Made by a program: the position numbers and the translations under genes
Assembly (NCBI RefSeq): GCF_006345805.1
Contig: NC_042999.1
Span: 94,674,001 to 94,738,000, forward strand
Reading direction: 5' to 3'
Length of the DNA: 64,000 bases
Source of the DNA: Octopus sinensis
Taxonomy: Eukaryota
The notes under the pieces: generated by a model
Told to the model about the DNA's origin: nothing
The model's database searches: none
What the model saw: only the letters and a program-made list of their open reading frames with translations
In this document: in pieces, positions 41,862 through 55,224 of the stretch
Position numbering within the stretch: the first letter of the stretch is position 1
Layout of the letters: every line of letters begins with the position of its first letter

Positions 41862-42262
41862 AATCCTTTCTATTATAAGCAGAAGAGTTGGATTTTGTGG
41901 GGAGTGGGATAGTCATTTACATCGACTCCAGAATTTAACTGGTACTAAATTTTTCGATCCAGAAATGATGAAAGGCAAAGTCGACCTCAGAGGAATTTGA
42001 ACTCAGAACGTAGCGACGGAGGAAATACCTATTTCTTTACTGTCCACAAGGGGATAAACCCAGAGGGGACAAACAAGGACAGACAAACGGATTAAGTCGA
42101 TTACATCGACCCCAGTGCGTAACTAGTACTTATTTAATCGACCCCGAAAGGATGAAAGGCAAAGTCGACCTCGGCGGGATTTGAACTCAGAACGTAGCGG
42201 CAGACGAAATACTGCTAAGCATTTCGTCCAGCTTGCTAACGATTCTGTCAGCTCGCTGCCTT
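41862..42262 (-). mobile_element. SINE S2 dimer with (TTA)n tail (41801-41862)
   Basis: Same layout and junction (gaaatac|ctatttctttact at 42028/42029) as 17716-18058; tRNA-like head at 42262. Confidence 0.88.
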
Positions 42263-42289
42263 CATAATAATAATAATTGTCATTATTGT

Positions 42290-43260
42290 TATTTTATTGT
42301 CTTTGCACAGCTTCTAATGCTGGAGATGTACTACGGTGTCAGCTGTTCACTACCAGTGAACTAAGGTAACAACCCTTATTTTTCGATCACCATCCGCAGT
42401 ATTCGTGTGGTTCCAAGCAGTACTGTTTTCTGCAGATTTTCCACCCTTATTGCAGCTCCTAATTGTTCCATGTACTTCTCAACATTTTTATTCATTGTTC
42501 CCAGGGCTCCGACAATTATTGGTGCTACTATCACCTTTTTCAACGACAACAACTGCTTAAATTCCCAAGCTAAGCTGTCATATCTATCGACGTTTCTTCC
42601 TTCCTTATCGCATACCTTGTTGTCAGCTGGGCATTTTATATCTATGACCCAGCTCGTTTGCTCGTTCTCAATTAACACTATGTCACGTTTCCTATTCTCG
42701 ATCTCATGGTCGCGCTGAATCATAAAATCCCATAGGATCTTTGTATTATATTTTTCGATGATGCCTTCATGTTTATGTTCCTACCACTCTTTTGCTCTAT
42801 CAAGTCCATACTTGATACAGTTATCTTGATAGAGATAGCGATAACTTGGATTCTTGATAGAGATAACTTGCAAAGTTATCATGATGTCTCTTATATTCTT
42901 TCAGGGCTAGTGGCATACACTGACTGGTAATATGCCATACGGTTTTACCATTTTGTCCACAAATTCAGTATTTATCACTTGCAGATGTGTTGTTTGTTCT
43001 GTATTTGATGTAATTCATACACACTGCTTTCTCTTGGGCAGCAAAGATTAGAGCCTCTCTTTCAGGTTTTAAATCACTTTTAGTCATCCTTAGCCATCTT
43101 TTTTCAACATCCCTATGAAATTGTTTATGTATTCTTTTCTTTATACACCTATTTCCAGTTTAATTCATTCTCAAGTACTTGTACGGTGCTTTATCATTGC
43201 AATCTTCCATCCTACATAAGCCTGACCTTCTTAGTTCCGATAATAGAGGTTCTGTGGCAT
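42290..43260 (-). mobile_element. R4/Dong-type LINE 3' fragment (CCHC region plus restriction-like endonuclease), family A
   Basis: RKRDIVLI..IDIKCPAD..RYDSLAWE..PIIVGALG..LQKTVLLGTTRILR; flanked by (TAA)n-like tracts. Confidence 0.88.
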
Positions 43261-43317
43261 CTATTATTATTATTATTATTGTTGTTGTTGCTGTTGTTGT
43301 TAATATTATTATTATTA

Positions 43318-43752
43318 TTCAGTAGTTTTATTTTTATTACGTGCTTCCACTTCACTACCGAGCGCAGCTCTTTGTACCTTGGGTATGTGCTGTAGATTGC
43401 GGTGATGCTCTTATGGTTACTATATTGAAAGTGATTTGCTTAGTAGTGCAATATCCTGTATGTTATATATATTTGTAAGTCCTGGTGTTTTTGTTATGTA
43501 TTTGTTTGAATATTTTTTATCATACCTAATGCAGCCACTATGATAGGAATTGTTTCTGTTTTTAGATTCCACATTCGAGTTACCTCTATTTCCAGGTCTT
43601 TGTATTTTGAAAGTTTCTCCATTTCTTTTAGAGAAACGTTGTCATCTGCTGGTATTGATGCATCAATTAGAAAGCATTTTTTTGTCTTCCTGATCTCTGA
43701 CAACTATATCTGGCCTATTGGCCTTAATTTCTCTATCTGCGTATATTGGCAT
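43318..43752 (-). mobile_element. R4/Dong-type LINE 3' fragment, family B
   Basis: CFLIDASIPADDNVSLKEMEKLSKYKDLEIEVTRMW..PIIVAALG; ends in aataataat. Confidence 0.9.
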
Positions 43753-43823
43753 ACAAGCAGCAAGCCTGCTACGCATACCAGAATGCAGGAATTATAACAA
43801 AACCTGAAATAAAAAGAAATATG

Positions 43824-43875
<52 letters not shown>

Positions 43876-43988
43876 CAACAACAGCAATCTTCAATCTACA
43901 TTACGATCTACTGTTCGACGTCTTAAATGATACTACAACTACTACTACTACTACTACTACTGTTAATAATAATAATAATAACATAAAT

Positions 43989-44472
43989 CTCTAGATTTGG
44001 GAGGAGGACCTAGCATAGCCAAGATATGGAATTTTACGAAACCTTTGAGAAGAGCGGCGACAAGCTGGAAGTGGCATAGCAAATTTCACATCTCTGAAGA
44101 GCAGAAGAGTTGTCTATAAATAGGATTTCATCATAGGGACAGCACTTCTGTGAAACGATCGTAAGATGCTTTAAAACTTAATTCAAAACTTTTAAAATGT
44201 CATATATATTACATTTTTATACTTATACATATTTACATATATTTTTATATATATTTATATTTTTAATACTATTTTACACACGTATATATCTTTCTAAAGA
44301 ATTTTCTTATACTAATTTCCTGATATTAATAATAATATATTATAAAATATGTAACTAAGTTATAGAAATTTATAAACATCTCAAAGTTTTAAAAGGTTAT
44401 CTATAAACACCCTCTCAAAAGTTTTGTAATTTATATATCTTAACTATGCTAGGTTCTCCCCCTAAATCTAGA
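43989..44472. repeat. Fold-back element with ~65 bp imperfect arms enclosing a hammerhead; further inverted copies extend to ~44795
   Basis: 43989-44054 versus 44411-44472; 44370-44410 versus 44755-44795. Confidence 0.75.
44089..44168 (+). ncRNA. Minimal type I hammerhead ribozyme with intact core and extended stem II
   Basis: CATCT/AGATG stem I; CTGAAGA; GCAGAAG-a-GTTGTC / GACAGC-a-CTTCTGT stem II; GAAAC-GATC-GTA. Confidence 0.85.
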
Positions 44473-44989
44473 GTCCTGTAAATAAATTCGCCCCCACGTT
44501 GGAATTGCGAACTTGCCTGCTTGCTTCTTCCTCGTCTCCTTTCCATTCTCTATCCTCCTCTCTTCCATTGGGTTCTGATTGCTGCCGTAATCTTTCACGA
44601 GATACGATGACCATTTAACACCTCTCTCCAAAAATGTGTAAGCTTTCTCTATTACTTCCTATGTTTGCTAAAACTTCGAGATGTTTATAGACGATTATAT
44701 CCTAACTACGATGTGATTTTCCATAGATAAATTCCTTTATCGTAAATACGATGGGATGTTTATAGATAGCTTTTTAAAACTTTGAGATGTTGTTTATTAA
44801 ATCCTGCCACTATCTGTTGTCTAAAGAAATCAGGGGACACAATATTAGGACCCCTCGACTTTACAGTAATAATATAAGTATAGTAATAATTGTGAATCTA
44901 TAATAGTGAACACGTAAATAATAAGATAAGGATTATATTAGTAATAGTGACATTAGAATAGTGAACAAGTAAAGAAACACCCAGATTGA

Positions 44990-46312
44990 TAATTACCCAG
45001 AATGATTAACAAGTGGCGTTGTGAAACCGTCGAGTCGTCTACGACAAAACCGGCATCCCCACTAAGCTTACTTGATGAGGAGGGTGGATTTTCGACACCC
45101 TGCGCCATTAAAAATGGAAAGCGGCAAAGGGCAGAGGAACTCAGAAGAGTCAATTGCCATTCCGAAAAAGAGTAGACAGAACTCATCAGCCTTGATTGGC
45201 AGTCTGTTTAGGAGGAGTAACTGGGGTAGATAGGACTCCTTAGTCAGTGACAGGGATAAAGGCGAATGAACCGCGAATCGGGACTTAACATCGGACCAAT
45301 ATTTGGATAAAGATATGGGACCAGCCGACGTTCACCTATCTCCTAGTGAGAATCAAGATCATGGTTCTCAACTCACAGAAGTGCGAAGGGAACAGGCCCA
45401 ACTTACGGGTAGTAATAGCTCTGCTGTCTTGGTTGACAATCTTATTAGCCACTGTTGTAGCTAACCTTAAAACACATACGTCAATGTTGAGTGAAAATGT
45501 CTAATACAAATGTATCAAATAATGGTATTAATGAAGCTGAAAACAAAGAGAAAAGAACTGTCGGCCGGCAGGTGCCCTGTGGTTAAGTAGAGAAAAAGTT
45601 GGGATAAGGAGACAAAACGAACGGTAATTAAAAGTCTGACCATTGCTGCCCAAGAGCAGGCTCCCGCTACCAATTCAGTGAAGTATAACATGTATAAATC
45701 TTCTGACACCCAGAAATGCAAACTCTGTGGAAACAGTATGGAAAATGCGATCCGCTTGGTAAGTGGATGTGAGAGCCTTACACAAAAAGAAAACAAGCAC
45801 CGTTCCGATATAGTGTGTCTGTACCTTCATTGGCTCTTATGCCATAAATACCAATATGAAGTAACAGAGAACTCGTATGAGCATGTACCAAGTAATGTTA
45901 CGCAGGTGGATGAAAAAGTAACGATACTCTGGGTCTATGATTTCAGACGGATCATGTAATCGAACACCGTCGGTTGGATATTGTCATATTGAATGATATA
46001 GACAAATACTGTCAGATCACTGATGCAGCCATACCAAATGACATTAATGTTGTGAGTAAAGAGGATGAAACATTTCCGAATTGAAAGTAGAAACGGCAAG
46101 ACTGTATGGAATGCGAGAGGGTAATGTAAAAAGGATACCAGTGGTGATTGGAGCGCTAGGCTCAATCCCATTGGAACTTCAAAACTTCTTAAGGCAACTG
46201 GAAGTCCCATGCAAGATTGATGTCTTGCAAAAAGCAGCCTTATTAGGCACAGCATACATCTTAAGGAAAGTATTATCTATCTGATGTCCTTGTTGTGACT
46301 TGACGGATGACT
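44990..46312 (+). mobile_element. Internally deleted R4/Dong-type LINE, family C (putative 5' UTR and N-terminus fused to CCHC-RLE C-terminus)
   Basis: IAAQEQA..KCKLCGNSMENAIRLVSGC..HWLLC..ILW; PVVIGALG..LQKAALLGTAYILRKVL; assignment of the 5' part (44990-45630) is tentative. Confidence 0.75.
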
Positions 46313-46317
46313 AGTTT

Positions 46318-46910
46318 TTGATTCGACGGTCATTCGGAATGCTCACAGCAGCCATATTCCTGCCACTCTATGTCACGCTGGTGAGACCCATATTGGAGTA
46401 TGGGATTCAAGCCTCTTCTCCTTATCTCCTCAAAGACATACAGCACCTCGAAAAAGTCCAGAGGCTGGCTACCCGCATGGTTCATGGTCTCAAAAATTTG
46501 TCCTACGAAGAAAGGCTGAGGACGCTCGACCTTTGTTCTCTTGAAAAACGCCGCCGCCGTGGTGATCTCATTCTCGCCCACAACATCATAAGCGGGAAGT
46601 GTAACCTCTCGAAAGAGCTGTTCTTCACTCCTGCTCCGGAGCGTCGGCTGCGGGGTCATTCCGAAAAGCTCTACCTGCCACGGTTTCATCTCAATCGAAG
46701 GAGAGGAGCTTTCTCCGTCCGGGTTGCGGTTCCGTGGAACAAGCTGCCAGACGAGATGGTGAAGATGCCGACGACCGCTTTGTTCAAAGCCTCCCTGGAC
46801 CTCAAGTGGCCTGAACTCTTTACATGAACACCACCCTGTACTTAACTCCATGTCCCCCTACATGGCCTTGCTATTTGCTTTTGAGCCAAATTAACTAACT
46901 AACTAACTAA
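46318..46910 (+). mobile_element. Young 5'-truncated CR1 LINE with an open ORF2 end (to 46827) and (AACT)n tail
   Basis: LYVTLVRPILEYG..LEKVQRLATRMV..SYEERL..SLEKRRRRGDLI..RGHSEKL..WNKLP. Confidence 0.95.
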
Positions 46911-47345
46911 TACACACAGATAGAGAAATTAAGGCCAATAGGCCAGATATTGTTGTCAGAGATCATGAAGGAAAAATGCTTTCTAATTGATGTATCAATA
47001 CCAGCAAATGACAACGTGTCTCTGAAAGAAGTGGAGAAACTTTCAAAATACAAAGACCTGGAAATAGAAGTAACTAGAATGTGGAATCTAAAAATAGAAA
47101 CAATTACTATCATGGTAGGCGCATTAGGTACGTTAAAAAATTTCACATAAATACATAACAAAAACACCAGGACTTACAAATATATATAAAATTGCACTAC
47201 TGAGCACTGCACACACCCTACGCAAAACACTTTCAATACAGCATCCATAAGAGCATCACAGCAAACCACAGCATATACCCAAGGCAAACAGAACTGCGCT
47301 CGGTAGTGAAGTGAAAGCACGTTATAAAAATAAAACTACCGAATA
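46911..47345 (+). mobile_element. R4/Dong-type LINE 3' fragment, family B
   Basis: Close match to 43318-43752 in opposite orientation; followed by (AAT)/(GAT)n. Confidence 0.9.
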
Positions 47346-49905
47346 ATAATGATGATGATGATGACGATGTTGATAATGATGATGACGATGATGATAATGA
47401 TGATGACGATGATGATAATAACAATATTAATAAAATCGCGTTTGTTGCATAGTATAATTGATTGAAATATTAATTAATGCATTCTTTAAAATCTGGTTCA
47501 ATAAAATTTCTAAAGCGCCTAAGAATTTGTACATGGTAGTGCGTATACTCTACCTGGCAATCTACAAGTGTCCAAGTTTATTGAAAAGAGCATCAAAATA
47601 AATTACACTTAAGGAAGGTGTAGTGCCCGTTACATATGTGAGCGTATAGGAGAGTATTAGTTGGAAGGGTGCAGATTTTCTACAATCGTCGTATTTGGTA
47701 TGAATGCTTACAGCAAACTGAACATCATTAAATATAAACAATATTCAGGTGCTGATTTCTTGACTAGGCAATGGATTAAGTCTACCCATTATTTCAACAT
47801 AGTTTTCTTTTAGCAAATTTCATGCATAACGGTTCTATCTACTCATCATTTTAACAGAAAATATTTAGACCTATTTTCTTTCTTTTAACTATTTGAATTC
47901 ATTCTATAAAGAAGGAACTGGATTACAAAACGATGTATTTTTTTTATATAGGAATGAAAATACAATTGCCGTGTTACGAAAAACTTTAGGTAATCAATAA
48001 CTGTCGATTTTAACCATATAAACACGAAACATTAACAGAAATATAACAATTTCAATGTCAGAAGGCATAAAATATAAAATATTTATAACAGCCATTATCT
48101 TGTAAAAGCTTTAAGTGAAACTTATTAGTGAAATTATATATGCGTGCACATGTAGGTGTGTATGCACTTGTGGTCTGTGTGTGTATAAATATTCCAGTTT
48201 TATTTTCTATAGTTACATGATTAGTGAAGGATTATATTAGATAGACATTAAATTCCTTTAATCTAAACGGGTTTCTTACTTGTCTGCTATATACAAGATA
48301 AAACATATAATCTCAATGAAATAATATATCTTAATTGTGTATCCTGTTAAAAATTTGTCATTTGGAATTGATGAAGAAATCAAAATATCTTTGCAGTTAA
48401 AATATACTTCCTTTGTCTTCAGAAATCGTTACAAACTTCACCTAAAAGATTCTTTAATTTGTTGTAAAGAGTGACAAATATGTTAAAAGGTTAGTGAAAC
48501 AGAAGTGATAATTTTCTTGATGGCATTCATACAAATAAGTGATCTGTGAATATGTAAGATCTAATGGTTGGTAAACTGGCATATGTATTAGAAAGCAAGA
48601 TCTACTATAGAAAATAATGGCTAAATTGGTCAAATAAAATGCATTGACGTGTAAACAAATGTCAATTTGATCTAATTAATTTCTTGAAGCATGGGTTTTC
48701 ATCATGCTGATTACACGACGACTCCGCTTGTTACAGAGAAGATATGCGACCATGTTATCCACTCTAGACGTTTAGCAAAATGAGTGAAGGCTTCTTTCAA
48801 TTTAAATAGAATGTCTTTTCATGAGAGACTGCAAAAGAAGAAGGTTTCTATAACTATTGTCATGTTAATCTAAAGACACGAGAGTACTGATCAATAACAT
48901 CTCATTTAATTCTGGGACGCTTAAATTAGGTTAAATATATCAGCTGTGTAATCCTCTCAGACGGTGTGTATTCCGTCTGTTTATACGTTCCACATTTTTA
49001 TCATCTTTGGTCGTACAAAAAGGAAATATATGTTCCGATAAAGAGGGAACTATTTTCTCTATCTCTAATTAGAAAACCTCAAATGTAATGTTTTCCATTA
49101 AAATTGTTTCGTTATTTGACAGTTTTGAAATTTATTGCTGAAGAGAATTGCCCTCATTGTCTCCTGAACCAAACACGCTGTTGCTGTGCATGCATTTACG
49201 TAACGAGTTTATCCAGCTATTTCTCTACTGTTTAGTTCAATTCTATATATTTTCAAAGCCTGGTCAAAGCCTCCAACTATCTGAAAGTGATAACATTTCT
49301 CTTCTAGAATCTATTCTTATACTTCTAAGAAAAACAAACTCTTTTTCTGATACTGTATAATACCACTTATTTACCAGAAAGTATCCCCATAGAAGTCTTT
49401 TAGTCTCATCGTCCTAAACGCTTACCATTCTACTTATTACCAAATATAAAACAAAAGTACGCCTTCATTTAATGCAGTTTATATGTTAACATTCAACATA
49501 TTGATTTACAACATAAATAGCTTACTCTATTCACGTAAAACAACAACAACAACAACAACAACAACGCAATACTGTTTGTTATTTAGAAACCAACAATTCC
49601 ATAAACAAATATAATATTACCCTATACCAGAAAGTACACGATTTGCATATTTAGGTGTCTAGTTTGTTATAAATACTTGATTTCTTTTACGGCGTGAGTC
49701 CGAGTAAATGTATATAAATTCTATGTATTGATCTTTTGAACTTAAATTCAACTACGAATTTATCCACGAAATATTGTAAGTTTTATTGTTACCAGAAAAG
49801 TTCTACCCCAGTCTGCAAAATGTGAATTCTGGTTCTCAATCAAATACAGCTATAATACATTTCTAGAAGCTTAGAACTCAATGTTTCACAACGAAGTCGG
49901 ATATA

Positions 49906-51150
49906 CTGGGTCATCCCATAAAAGTCGGAGTGAGACGCGATAAACTACCTGCATTAACTTGCTATAAAAGCATGTAGTAATTTTATATTCTACTTATTCT
50001 TAGTGCAAGTTTAAAAGAGTGCAGTTTGCATTTAACAGTTCTTTTTCAAAGCTATAATGGAAGTGACAAAGGAGCATATTCGGCATATTTTGCTTTATGA
50101 ATTCAATAAAGGTAACAACGCAACGGAAAGTGCGAGGAATATTAATGCAATATATGGGGATCGGAACATAAGCGTAAGCCAGTGTCAACGGTGGTTCCCG
50201 AAATTCCGAGCCGGAAATTACAGCCTAGAAGAGCAGCCTCGTTCTGAAAGATCTGTAGATCTCAACGAGGACGTCTTGCAAACCCTGGTGGAAAAAAATC
50301 CCATAGTAACTGTCGAGGAACTAGCAAAGAAGGTTGAATTTGGTAATTCAACCAGTCATCGACACTTGCATACCATCGGAAAAGCCAGAAAATTGGGTCA
50401 ATGGGTTCCTCACAAACTTTCCGAGCATAATCGCGCGCAGAGAGTGAATATGTGCTCTTCTCTGCTGTCATGTCACACGAATGAACCTTTTTTGGAATGA
50501 ATAGAGACTAGTGACGAGAAATGGGTTCTTTATAAAAATGACAAGCGCCGAAGGCAGTGGGTAGGGAAAGGAGAAACACCGGCAACCCAGGCTAATGAAT
50601 GTCTTCATGCATGTAAGATGTTGTTTTCTCTTTCATGGGATATGAAAGGTTTAGTCCACTATCAGCTTTTAAGCCCAAACCAAACGAGAACAAAGGAAAT
50701 CTACTGCGAGCAGCCTGAGCGGCTTAACTCAGTGTTAGAAGAAGAGACAACCATATTTAGTTTCAAAACGAAAGGTATTCTTCTATCAGGATAATGCTCG
50801 ACCACATACAACGACGATGACATTCGAAAGGCTGGACAGTTTCAATGGGAAATGATACTCCACCCACCATATTCGCCAGGTATTTCTAATCTGATTGTCA
50901 TTTACTCCACAGTCTTTAAAATCATTTGGATACAAAAATATGAATTCTGTAGACGAGGAACATTATTTTTCGACGCGGACAAGTGAATTTTGGAAAAGGG
51001 GCCTTGCAAGTCTACCAGATAGATGGAAGAGCATAGTAGGTAATGAAGGAGAGTATATTTTAGATGAAAAAGAACTTTGTTTATTTTAATTTTAAAAAGA
51101 ATTGAAGAAGTATAACAAAAAAAAACTACATTATTTATGGGATGACCCAA
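49906..51150 (+). mobile_element. Full-length decayed mariner transposon (Hsmar1/cecropia-like)
   Basis: TIRs ctgggtcatcccataaa and tttatgggatgacccaa flanked by TA (49904-49905, 51151-51152); ~1245 bp. Confidence 0.95.
50057..51089 (+). pseudogene. Mariner DD34D transposase pseudogene
   Basis: WVPHKL, TSDEKW, QDNARPH, HPPYSP; stop at 50498-50500 and frameshifts. Confidence 0.93.
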
Positions 51151-51866
51151 TATTAGCAGTATTTCCCGCCTGCTTTTTCTTAACCCCATACCGTTTGCTA
51201 TCAATATGATAACACTTGTTCCTCAACACACTTCCTATTGTATAATTTGTGTTATTCATCCCTTCATCTTATTCATCACCTCATAGCGCAAGTCTTATAG
51301 TGTATCAATTTTCAGATTTTGCAAGGAACATATTTTCCACTCCTACAGAAAAAGTATTGAAATTCTAAAGAACTTATTCTCTGATTAATTCAGACTGGTG
51401 ACTATCAAATTTTATACGCGTTAAAATAATTTCAACTGTTTCTGCAGCCTGAGGCGGGTTGCAAATATCATGGTCACTGCCCCTCCACTGTGGTTTATCT
51501 CATAAGTAATGGAATCTAAATAAAACATATGATAAATACGAGTAACATTTTAACAGTTAAAATTACTTTTAAGAATATTGAAGATATGAAACAAGAAATC
51601 TGGCATCAAATGGCTACAATTCTATTCTAGAATCTTAGTTAAAATATATAAATTTTTGCTTTATTTTAGATACCTCATTTCGTTTAGTTAAATTTTAGTC
51701 ACATGTACTAAATCAAATATATAAAAACAAGACAAAAAATTATGTAAATATTTTGTCTATATATTTCAGTTATATGGTAACATCTCATTTAATAGATTTC
51801 AGGAGAAATTCTATAATGTTATCTAAATGTCAGAAGTATTTGTTTTCGATAAGAGATTTAATGTAT

Positions 51867-51920
<54 letters not shown>

Positions 51921-52057
51921 AGTGTGTGTATGTTTGTGCATGTGTGTGTGTTTGCGTGTGTATGTGTGTGCGTCTGCACGTAGGTGTGAATATATGTTTG
52001 CATATCCATAAGTATATAGCGCTCTTTCTCCCTCGCTATATATATATATAAACATAT

Positions 52058-52109
<52 letters not shown>

Positions 52110-53022
52110 CATATATAAACATCCATGCATGCATACGTACAAAGATAGATACAAACATGTATATCTATATATATAAATAGTGCAACGACAATGTTTTTGC
52201 AGATTAAATTTGTAAACTTACTTACAACCTTATATTTAATAGATATATATTTAATAACACTGTGAAAATAGTTTCTGTGTCAAAACTATATGTCTTTAAA
52301 CAACCCAAGATAGAAGATCACGTCGACCACTTTCGGTTTTCAGTAAAAGTCTCCTCGATAATCGCTTTTATTATAGCTGATAACTCGTAGAAAGAAATGG
52401 CTGTGCGGAATGAGTAAACAATTCCTCAACCCATATTATCTGAAACTAAATTTGTAAAAAGTTACTCGCCTATGTGACGTAAACCCCATTATTAATTTCA
52501 CTATGAAAATATATATATTAAATCCACTATTAGCAAATCTTGAAGAGATGGCCTTTGGTTTAACTAAGAAATATTGTTTCGCAGAAAGGTTAAATGAAAG
52601 GTTATTAGTATATGTTGGGGATCTATTTGCAAATTTAATAACAAATTCATAAAGCTGGTGAACCGTTATATTAAAATATCCGACCTAACTTGCTCTTATA
52701 TGTAAATACGATCAGAGATGGTCATAAAAAGTAAGCAAACCCAAACAAGAGTTTTATGAAATGTGGGGTATGTCAAACCAAGTCATTATCCTGGCTGCTG
52801 AGAGATTCGTGTTTTAACATCAGAGGTATAATCTGGAAACGAGATGAAGTAGATTCTTGCGAAATATATTGATGTAAATTTGTTATAGATCAACACATAA
52901 ACAGTTATATAAAAATTAACATACACACACGCATATATATTATGCATGTATATATATATATATATAATATATATATATATATACACATCATTTATGGATA
53001 TGTGTATGTAAATGCATATATA

Positions 53023-53053
<31 letters not shown>

Positions 53054-53721
53054 CCACTATATTGTTATCTAAATCTGTATATGTGTGTATGTGTACGCAT
53101 GAAAATGTTTCATTAAATTTACGAATGTATTTTAGTTTTATCTCTTTTATTGTATTTCAGATTATGCATATTTTATTGGTTTTTATGTAAATAGTCTGGA
53201 ACAATAACATTCCTAAATTCATATACGATATTTCTAGAGCTTCGCAGTCTCTATAAATTGAATCTAATTGGTTTCAGTAATATTTCTTATATACTGGCTG
53301 GATTCATGTCGACATTCCCGCCAAAGGTTTCTTTGAACGCTAACCTCACATATCAGCAGTCACGTGTTGATTTGTTTGTGGAGGGCAAATTTTGAGCGTT
53401 TGATTTTTTTGTCCGTAGTTGAATGTTAATTATTTTAATGCGTTTGTTATTTGATAGACATGTTCTCTTTTTGACAATTGATTCTAATTATAAAAAGTCA
53501 CAAGAAAGTGTGAAAAATCCAAGATAGTTGAACACAGTCGCGCATTTAAGGTAAAACGTATAAATGAATATGTGTGTGTATGTGTTTGTGTGTGTCTACG
53601 AAAATAAAATGACAAGGGAATAAACGATTATCACATGAACTTCATTAGCTTACAGCTGTTTCTGCTGTAAGATGCAGTGGATTCATAGTAAAGTACTTGA
53701 GTAACACCTTATGTCTGGTTC

Positions 53722-54110
53722 TCAGTAAAATATCTGGTTAACAGTTTGATCAGGAGCATCAACTTCTGTATGGACAATTCCTTTCGCATCGAGGAAATAA
53801 GTCAGTATCGTCTCGACATTGGACTTCACTTGACGCACTTTTTCGCATGTGGTGATATTGAATGCTTCCATTGACTTGATGGCTGCTTCGTTTCCGAGTC
53901 ATGGCCGTAGCATTGGCTTTAATCACCAGTGATGACCTTCGAAAACAAGTCCAGATCAACTTCCAATTCTTTTTTCAATTCACGCCACGTATTCAGCCGT
54001 GACTACATTTGATCCTCCGTAAGCAAGCGAGACACAAGTTTTGCTGCAGCTCATTTCATTCGCAATTCCATGCTCAAAATTCGTCGGCAGGAGAGCCGTG
54101 ATAAACCAGT
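53722..54110 (-). mobile_element. Mariner transposase internal fragment from a different subfamily
   Basis: FSKVITGD*SQCYGHDSETKQPSSQWKH..DAKGIVHTE..DQTVNQIFY. Confidence 0.85.
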
Positions 54111-54156
54111 CATCGTTAATTGTTCGGCAAAGGTCCTCTAAGACAAGCAATTATTC

Positions 54157-54370
54157 TGCTTAGCGGTATTTCGTCTGTCTTTACGTTCTGAATTCAAATT
54201 CCGCCGAGGTCGACTTTGCCTTTCATCCTTTCGAAGTCGATAAATTAAGTACCAGTTATGTACTGAGGTCGATCTAATGGACTGGCCCTCCTCCCCAAAA
54301 ATTTTTGGACTTGTGCCTAGAGTAGAAAACTATTATTATTATTATTATTATTGATATTGTTATTATTATT
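54157..54370 (+). mobile_element. SINE S2 monomer (5'-truncated) with (TTA)n tail
   Basis: gcttagcggtatttcgtc...gaggtcgactttgcctttcatcc...gtagaaaactattattatt. Confidence 0.88.
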
Positions 54371-54374
54371 AATA

Positions 54375-55135
54375 TGATATAGAAAGGATTTAGGTAACTC
54401 CTCCTGAAGATATAGTCAAAATTAAAATAAGAGTGCCATTGTTATCAAGTGAACAATATTTCGACATCTTGTGTGTCTTCAACTGGTTCAAAAATTAAAT
54501 TGAGGAGCGATGTCTTTTCTTTTGTTTTTTCCTCTGCTCTCAATACTCCATCGTTCTTAATTGTCAGTAGCAAGGGTTTCTTACTGTAGGCTAGGTACTT
54601 CATTAATCTCTCAAGTTCGATACACATGCAGTCTTCTGCACTTATGAGTCCCCTACCTCCATTTGCTCTCTTCGTGTAGACGCGATCATTGTCTGCATGT
54701 GGATGATGGGCTCCATATCAAACTACTACAACTGCCGCAGGTACTCTCTGGCTTTTCCTCCATCTACCTCAAGTATTCCCAGGTATTTATAGATGGATTG
54801 AAGCTGAATTGCCTTCATCATTTCACCACTTGGCAACAATATGCCTTCTATCCCGACAAGCTTTGCTCGTATCAACACCATCGTAGCTCACTTTGAGAGT
54901 TCAAACTCCAGAAACTGAACTAGGCTGTCCAGTTGTACCTCAGTTTTTGTGAATAGCTTCAGGAATAGCAAGTGGTTCAGTTTTCCCTTACCACTTCCCA
55001 GATCATACCCTAATTTTCTTTGCTGTAGTATTTTTCACTGAAGGGGATAATTCCCAGCACGAATATCAGTGAGGACACACTGTCCGACTGGAAGATTCTT
55101 CTCTTTAGTTTCACCTCTCCTAGTACTTGCTTCCC
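54375..55135 (-). mobile_element. R4/Dong-type RT fragment with deletions
   Basis: RRIFQSDSVSSLIFV..LNHLLF..YKYLGILE..HPHADNDRVYTKRANGGRGLI. Confidence 0.85.
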
Positions 55136-55224
55136 TGCTGCCACCTCCGTTCTCCATCATTTCATGTTATTCCATATAAGGCTTCTCATATTTTCATGTT
55201 CCTCTTTCCTTCCTCAATCGACAA

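Noticed and set aside
50057-50500. SETMAR host gene
   Set aside because: TIRs with TA duplication, no SET exons and internal stops indicate a free mariner copy
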